A stretch of 64,000 bases of DNA, from contig OZ240215.1 of the NCBI GenBank assembly GCA_965197585.1, positions 256,001 through 320,000 of the forward strand. Reading direction: 5' to 3'. Origin of the DNA: Dehalococcoidia bacterium. GTDB taxonomy: Bacteria; Chloroflexota; Dehalococcoidia; Plut-88900. Positions within the stretch are counted from its first letter, which is position 1; each line of letters begins with the position of its first letter. A program made the translations under genes and the position numbers. Positions 59,801-64,000 of the stretch are shown here, piece by piece. The notes beneath the pieces are model-generated. The model was not told the DNA's origin. It was given only the letters and a program-made list of their open reading frames with translations, and did no database searches.

Positions 59801-62327
59801 GGTAGAACACGTCCCCGATGCTGGAGCCCGTAGCCGCGCCCGAGTCCTCGCCGTTGCTCGCGGTCCGCTGCAATCGGTGGGTCGTGCCTCTCACGTATCT
59901 CCAGACCATCACGTAGTTGGTTTCCGGCGCCAGGTGCGTTCCCGGCGGCGCCTCAAAGAAGTTGTGGCCCGGCGCGAAATCGGTGGGGCTGACCAGGTCG
60001 AACAGCTTCCTGCCCGGCCGGGAACGGGCGTCCTCGTGCACGGCCACCGACACGGAGGCCGGATTGTCGGGATAGTCGCCGTGGCCGCCTTCGATGTTGA
60101 CGCCGATGCCCTGCAGGCGGTAGCCGAAATCGTTGGAGCCGGTCGTGAACTCCTGCGACACCACCCTGTTGGTGGCGCCGACGGAGACGGAGCCGTTGTC
60201 GGTCTGCCCAAGGTTCTGCACCATCGCGTTGAGTGGCTCGCCGAGCACGGCCATGTACGGATAGTTCAGAGCTACATCCCCCTTTGCGCCGGTGAAGCTC
60301 ACGCCCGCCGCCGCCGGGTCGTCAACGCCATCGACAAAGGCGCCTGCAACGCGTTCTAAGGTGGCCTCTCGTCTCCGTGTCCTTTCGGGGCCAGTATCTT
60401 GGCCAACAGGATGGTCGAAGACGTATTCCTGGCCGCCTGAGGCTCCTGTCACGGTTGCGCCTTGCGGGGCCGTCCATACCGGCAGGCCGGGCGCCTTACG
60501 TGTATTGGTCAGGCTGAACTGCTTGGTCCCCGTCCGGGAACCCGAGCGCAGGTCGAAGGGGTTGGTAAATCCGCTGCCGCTTGGGTTTGTGTCGTCCATG
60601 TTGAAAGAAACACCGCGGATGAGGTAGCGGTCCGCTGCTCCGAGTTCGATCCCGAAACCAATTTCGTCGCCGACCGATATGATCTCTTGAGGAGGACCCG
60701 CGACGTCGTCAGAAGTGTCTTCAGTGCCCTTATCATTGATGGGGCTTTGCGTGTAGTTTGAAGCCAGGATGCCGCGAACTCGCTTCGAGCCCTCGACGGC
60801 CAGGCGCAGCACGTTGGCGCGGTCGTCGGAAATCACCCAGTGTCCAGTGTCGCTCAACGCCCGGACGGCCGCGTCGTCGTAGATGACGGCCCCCGTCTCG
60901 CCGCCCGCATCCTCGTTGTTTGAGGTCGTCTCCTTGATCGACAGCGTGGAGCCGAAACCCGACAGCACGACGAAATAGTTGACGTTCGGGTACGCGAACG
61001 CGCCCGCCGGGGCCATGAACTTGTTCAGGCCGGCCGTGAAGGAGCGCGGGTTCTCAAAGTCGAATAGCTTGTACGCGCTATTGGGTTGAAAGCCCCCTTC
61101 AACGCCGCCGCTCCACAGGGAGACGGTCAGGCGGGACGGGGCCGCGGCGAGGTCGATGGAGACGCTGGAGATTTCGTAGCCCTGGCCGTGATCCCCCAGC
61201 CTGAAGCCCAGGGCGTACCGCTTGGTGATGTTCGCCGTGGTCGACGACTGGCCCGTGTTGCTGACCAGCGTCGACGCGGGCAGCGGGTCCGGTTCGACGA
61301 TCGGGCCGAAGGGCAGGCTGTTCACGGTCTCCGAGAAGTTGCCCCTGTCCGTGTACGAGACTCTCACCATGATCCGCTTGCCGACATCGGCGGCGACAGG
61401 CTGGTAACTGGCCGAGTTGCCGCCCACGTTGGTCCTGGTGTTGCCGTCGACCCGGACCCACTGGTAGGTCCAGGTGAAGAAGACCCAAGTATTGCTCGTG
61501 TCAATGGGGAGCCCGTTAGCGTCGGCGATGTTCTCAGTGTCGGCGAACAGGATGCCGGCGCCCTCCGCGGAAGCCAGGACCACCGGCCGGCCGGTGGCGC
61601 GAGTGTTCGCCGTCGTTTCATAGCCATTGACGGTGATCTGGATGGCCTCGTTGCTCCCGCTCTTGTGCTCCCAGTCGCCGCTGACCTTGACATCGTACTT
61701 GTTCTTGATGCTCCACCCCGTTAGGCCGGTGGAATCCTCTCTTCCGGAGGTGGTCGAGTCGAGCGTGACGTACTGGGAGCCGATCTGCTTGATTACTACG
61801 GTGTAGTCGGTGTTCGCCTCGAGGAAAAGGCCGGGGTGCGTGAACTTCAGGTTCCCGGCCGTGAAGCTCCCCGGCCGCGTAAGGGCCGTGCAGCGCGAGG
61901 TTGGAAACCCGCTGGAAGACACCTCGCAGATGTCGACATCGAAGTCGTCGCCCTGGGTGTCCTCTGAGACCACGATCACGCTGGTCAGCGTGTAGCCGTG
62001 CGTGGCGCCGGCCGTGTGGAAGAGCTGCGCATGGGCGTTGCCGCTGGTGCTGACGCTATCATCGGCGCCTCGCCCGACGTTGCTCACGAGGATGCGCGTC
62101 GTGGTTTGCGCCTCCGTAGGCGCTGACCAGAGGAGCACGCCGCCCAGCGCCAGCAGGGCGATGAGCAGCAGCGTGAGCGGCGCAAAGCGACGGGGGGTGG
62201 TGAGGACTAGGGGAGAGGAAGGGAGGGACTTACCGGACGGGGAGAACCGGCTGGACGTGAGCCGCCGGGTCGTGCGCAGAAGAGACGCCAGCAGTGGAAG
62301 CGCCGTAAGACGCCGGTAGGCGGTCAT
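53853..62327 (-). CDS. Giant secreted repeat protein / adhesin (2824 aa)
   Basis: Signal peptide, LVSNxGQ-type domains, 7-8 TGxPTIxGTPQVGxTLTxDTS Ig-like repeats, Calx-beta-like segment, C-terminal Fn3. Confidence 0.9.
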   Translation of the reverse strand: MTAYRRLTALPLLASLLRTTRRLTSSRFSPSGKSLPSSPLVLTTPRRFAPLTLLLIALLALGGVLLWSAPTEAQTTTRILVSNVGRGADDSVSTSGNAHAQLFHTAGATHGYTLTSVIVVSEDTQGDDFDVDICEVSSSGFPTSRCTALTRPGSFTAGNLKFTHPGLFLEANTDYTVVIKQIGSQYVTLDSTTSGREDSTGLTGWSIKNKYDVKVSGDWEHKSGSNEAIQITVNGYETTANTRATGRPVVLASAEGAGILFADTENIADANGLPIDTSNTWVFFTWTYQWVRVDGNTRTNVGGNSASYQPVAADVGKRIMVRVSYTDRGNFSETVNSLPFGPIVEPDPLPASTLVSNTGQSSTTANITKRYALGFRLGDHGQGYEISSVSIDLAAAPSRLTVSLWSGGVEGGFQPNSAYKLFDFENPRSFTAGLNKFMAPAGAFAYPNVNYFVVLSGFGSTLSIKETTSNNEDAGGETGAVIYDDAAVRALSDTGHWVISDDRANVLRLAVEGSKRVRGILASNYTQSPINDKGTEDTSDDVAGPPQEIISVGDEIGFGIELGAADRYLIRGVSFNMDDTNPSGSGFTNPFDLRSGSRTGTKQFSLTNTRKAPGLPVWTAPQGATVTGASGGQEYVFDHPVGQDTGPERTRRREATLERVAGAFVDGVDDPAAAGVSFTGAKGDVALNYPYMAVLGEPLNAMVQNLGQTDNGSVSVGATNRVVSQEFTTGSNDFGYRLQGIGVNIEGGHGDYPDNPASVSVAVHEDARSRPGRKLFDLVSPTDFAPGHNFFEAPPGTHLAPETNYVMVWRYVRGTTHRLQRTASNGEDSGAATGSSIGDVFYLGADLDSLSPHTNDIITGNSLEIAVYTETNTKSPFATDDTEPETEGPFVPFTFGDGYTVTCSAPPAEHCPTYDTIAGGDRSFLSTTMTVGRSQVTVSGNTVTIIGFNPDTGTLGSNEFTYRGTRYSVVNLARAQIDTGSLTIDSLNFTIAPLFPTTFEPDLALELGGQRFLLSEANQSIDLFRNVTRSSWSNHGLTWAEDDSVSVKLVGPPLPNAYGYRTIWTALMTTDTIGSTAFVGYNRATASHAGDLTNNLIVTGRDETVTIGTPGQPRYPWIGYEIEQISDITTQTQISFDRNAYPSADEVAGWTLTLGGGVELPFADAQLAHATTPWVWQFTHAPGWSAGDQVLVSIRNDEVQNRVGQTAGEEERAGEVKFKSRRYTSVDDNGNIVYGKTHFSYDHEPDKFGPADGWELRRLNVTTDKTGDTDPVWITATFRTHGSGAAARAWQGYWEGQFDDFHTLFLRWIYNVDGKGKGEATYTLPLRAANGIARSQSGRDVTFTWERTYKEFQRKHLDLANHAAMSAHMLAPPQPATARAGGEGGDGDTRQRQYVPTTVTSVDFTSNPGTDRVYGLGDTIQVTVAFSDDVTVSYNSSKKHAAEVDLELGGQTRTAHYARTDGNKVILEYTVVPGDEETFALLLPPSSLRLDVKVTETQTGTKNWVRDSWIRDSEGRDAVLDHIGLGSTAHRVDAVSPEFASAQVSTDGAQVAVTFNESIKSPAILRAFGVQTSLLQSLALDVRVDGEVAARSDAAVSGDTVTLTMAEPVTQGQTVAVSYDNLFVETGESILEDLYGNNLLTFTGQPATNGSTLADVDRPDGGLALSRTDLKIDEGESGTYTVALASQPADDVTVAIGQRPTGRATVSPASLTFTADNWNTPQTVTITSTEDANYVDRWVLLRHVATGDDYGASAAAWLILRDTYNVRTTPANTRATGSPTIGGTPQVGQTLTVDTSGISDADGLTHASYTYLYQWIRNNSKIADQTDSTYTLGLADEGKTIKIKVSFTDDAHNQESRTSAPTEAVAPPPNTLATGEPTIGGTPQVRRTLTVDASAIEDADGMENAVFRYQWFATKSSTTYEYAGETDSTYKLVPADEGHTFHVEVSFTDDRGYSETLTSPATEAVAAAAPNSEPTGLPSVNGTPRVGETLTADTSAIDDPDGLTSVAYRYQWISSQTVIDDVTGTSNILSIEIPGETGQTYTLIPDDEGSTFQVRVTFTDDADYEQTLTSEATVAVAPPPNTEPTGLPAVTGTPQVGETLTADTSAIDDADGLTNATFEYQWLHNQSVVDANTGTSYYINVEMPGETGSTYTLAPADKGRTFAVRVSFTDDRGTTESLTSRSTVIVAARPNSEPTGLPAITGTPQVGQTLTADTSAIDDEDGLENAVFRYQWLASKSGVILVLLGETSSTYTLAPTDEGYTFQVQVSFTDDADNQESLTSEATEAVAAAAQALLTAAFQGLPDSHDGSTAFTFRVLFSEDVGVSYVNMRDDAFSLSEGDVTGARRVDGRNDLWEITVEPDDNSDVGITLPANRSCTTTGAICTREDSPRQLTNSPTATVTGPAEAPPTNTSAAGAPTISGTPQVEQTLTADTSSITDEDGLTNVSYSYQWLAGGSDIAGATGSTYTLTASEQGQTIQVRVTFTDDADNEETLTSAATVAVTAAPNREATGKPTIGGTPQVEETLTVDTSNIADQDGLTSVSYSYQWIAGGSDIGGATGSTYTLTASEQGKTIQVRVTFTDDADNEETLTSAATAEVTAAPVPLTASRPDSRFQSARHNGADDRPQVIVTFSMAVASFEKTTPSLSLTGAAVRSVRQHEEDGLENAWIFFLDPDGSDDIVFSLVTGQACGSGGICTEGGTTLSGGVQVTLPGPEEEEQEEAGDDQQTPESPPPAPTSLTATVNADGHIVLSWTAPNDDSITGYQVLRRRPSEGESALLVYVADTESTATTFTDTGVTAGVKHVYRVKAINAAGLSGWSNYVNPTP

Positions 62328-62359
62328 GACCTACCCCCGGCCAGCCGAGTCCAAAAATC

Positions 62360-62372
62360 GGGGGGGGGGGGG
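62360..62372. repeat. G13 homopolymer in the leader of the giant protein gene
   Basis: 13 consecutive G, ending 32 nt upstream of ATG 62327. Confidence 0.9.
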
Positions 62373-62910
62373 TGAACATTTGAGCTACGCCGCTATGGGC
62401 GGCGAAGCCCGAGGCGAGCGGCGCAGCGACGGCAGGGGCCGTCATGCTGCACGCCGCCTCACGTGCCTGGACCGGTCTGTCGAACGCCATGTGAATGCCT
62501 CCCTCGCAACGTTTCGGATAAGAGGGACCTACGACCCTCCTCGGCTGTCCGGGCGTAGCGTGGAAGCCTGTGATTCCACCTACCTTGTCACTCTTCTTAC
62601 GCACATTCCCATGAAAACGGTAGCGGCTCTCTATCGGTTTGGTAAGTGCCTAATCACACTTTCTCGGCAGCAATTTTGTTAGCTTTTAGAGAGTGTGTTT
62701 TTGCAACTTTTTTGCTCTTTAGGCGACCGTGTGTTTGCTCTGAAAGGAATTGCACACTCTTGCGGCGACAATGTGGTTGCTCTAAGGGGGGGTGTCTCTG
62801 CAATAGGAGGAACAAGGCCACGGCTTCGCAAGCATGTGGGCGTACGCCGAGCGGCTGGGTGGACGCCTCATCGTCGAGCCTACGGGACCGGTCGGGGGCG
62901 CCAGCGTGAC

Positions 62911-63257
62911 CGGAGCGGCCCGGCTACCTTCAGAAGGTGGCCGGGATGGACCAGGTCCTGGGCATGATGAAGAGCGCGGCTGCGGGCGAGATGCGTCTGC
63001 CGACAGAGGTGGTAAGGCGGGTCTTCGACAGGATTCGGAGCGGGGCGAGAGCGAAGGACGTCAACCTGACCCAGAGGGAGAGGGAGATACTCGTGTCGTT
63101 CTGCCGGGGCATGTCATACGTTGCGATCGCGGCGGCAAGGGGAGTCAAGGTGGTCACCATCCGAAACGCCATCTACACCATCCAGGTCAAGCTGGGCGTC
63201 GACTCGAAGCAGGAGATCGTGGTGTGGGCTGCGCAGAACGGGCTGCTGGATGACTGA
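62911..63257 (+). pseudogene. NarL/LuxR response regulator remnant (receiver domain lost or frameshifted)
   Basis: GYLQK receiver tail, then LTQREREIL...IA..RGVKVVTIRN..KLGV HTH. Confidence 0.75.
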
Positions 63258-63490
63258 GGCGGCGGGCGGCTTGCGAGGGAGCGGAGCGGGGCCAGAGCGC
63301 GCCACGTCTAGTCCCAACGGCCATACATTTTTCTACCCAGTTGAGACTGAATTCATAGCTGTTGGGCCTAGCAAGGGTTGTCCTGCTGGGCGGAGGCTTG
63401 CCGTGAGGGCCGCCGAGCATGTGTTGGCTCTCGGAGTCGCTCGTGGGGTATCGGGTATCACTAACCCTTACCCAAGGACAGTAATCGCTC

Positions 63491-63865
63491 GTGAGATGCC
63501 GCAACCCCAAGGGGTGCATTGGGTGGGAATTGGTGAATCAGGACAGATCGGAGATATTAAGCTCGATGGAGCGGCACGGCGCGGAACGGGTGCTGAATCA
63601 AGAAATAGTCGAAAGATCAATGGTAATCTGGCGAATCAGGCCCCACGAAGAGATTTCGGAGACCTACGTTCGATTGGAGGAGTTTACGGCTAGCTCAGCG
63701 CGCTATGCACGGAGCGCCCTCAGGGTCATAGATCGCATTAGGAATCTTGGCAATGGGGACGACCAAGACCTTATTGCAGCGTTGAAGAAGTATGTGGAGG
63801 TTTCCGTGGTACAGATGAAGAAGGCTGATATGCACCAACTTGTCATGTTCCTAGGATCGCTATGA
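63491..63865 (+). CDS. Hypothetical protein, start uncertain
   Basis: ORF in lower-GC DNA right of element 2. Confidence 0.35.
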   Translation: MRCRNPKGCIGWELVNQDRSEILSSMERHGAERVLNQEIVERSMVIWRIRPHEEISETYVRLEEFTASSARYARSALRVIDRIRNLGNGDDQDLIAALKKYVEVSVVQMKKADMHQLVMFLGSL

Positions 63866-64000
63866 CGGTCACAGCGATAACCTCAGTGCGGATGACATTC
63901 AGCCGGCGTCCTCTGGAGGATGAGTGTGAAGCTTTAGGTCCAGATGAACGCCTGGAAGTTCCTCGTTCTGGGCTACTGCATTACCACGCCACCTTTCGGT

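Larger units (their letters stand above)
43571..63300. mobile_element. Integrative element 2 (serine recombinase, partial conjugation module, giant surface protein); right boundary uncertain
   Basis: Marked GC rise at ~43600, recombinase, T4SS membrane genes, HTH paralogs of element 1. Confidence 0.8.

Noticed and set aside
53853-62327. Diversity-generating retroelement target
   Set aside because: No reverse transcriptase and no template/variable repeat pair differing at adenines was seen.

Overview
Bacterial window, probably Chloroflexota/Dehalococcoidia (SAR202-like). This is inferred from the gene set, the 11-subunit complex I and the giant repeat surface protein. Three parts. (1) 1-7528: right end of an integrative conjugative element (frameshifted VirB4, VirD4-like coupling protein, Replic_Relax-type relaxase, two HTH genes, AlpA, P4-type tyrosine integrase) inserted at tRNA-Ser(TGA) 7529-7618. 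(2) 7664-42978: host chromosome with serS, lysS, greA, NUDIX, NAD kinase, a formyltransferase, vapBC, nuoABCDHIJK-x-LMN (no nuoEFG) and a CoA/flavin catabolic cluster, including an IS5 insertion that fuses a CoA-transferase to the transposase. (3) ~43350-63300+: a related element with a large serine recombinase, RHH gene, pilins/PrgI/VirB6, no VirB4/VirD4/relaxase, and a 2824-aa surface protein. Three features stand out. (a) A ~900-nt structured non-coding leader (51120-52030) has five tandem ~42-nt covarying hairpins; the first loop is complementary to sites around a 9-aa leader peptide and terminator in front of a 4xHTH regulator, a candidate antisense-RNA immunity/attenuation array. (b) Three att-like sites ~103 bp apart are stacked at the recombinase 3' end. 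(c) A G13 tract in a leader ORF could phase-vary translational coupling to the giant surface protein. All calls are by eye; no searches or folding programs were run.
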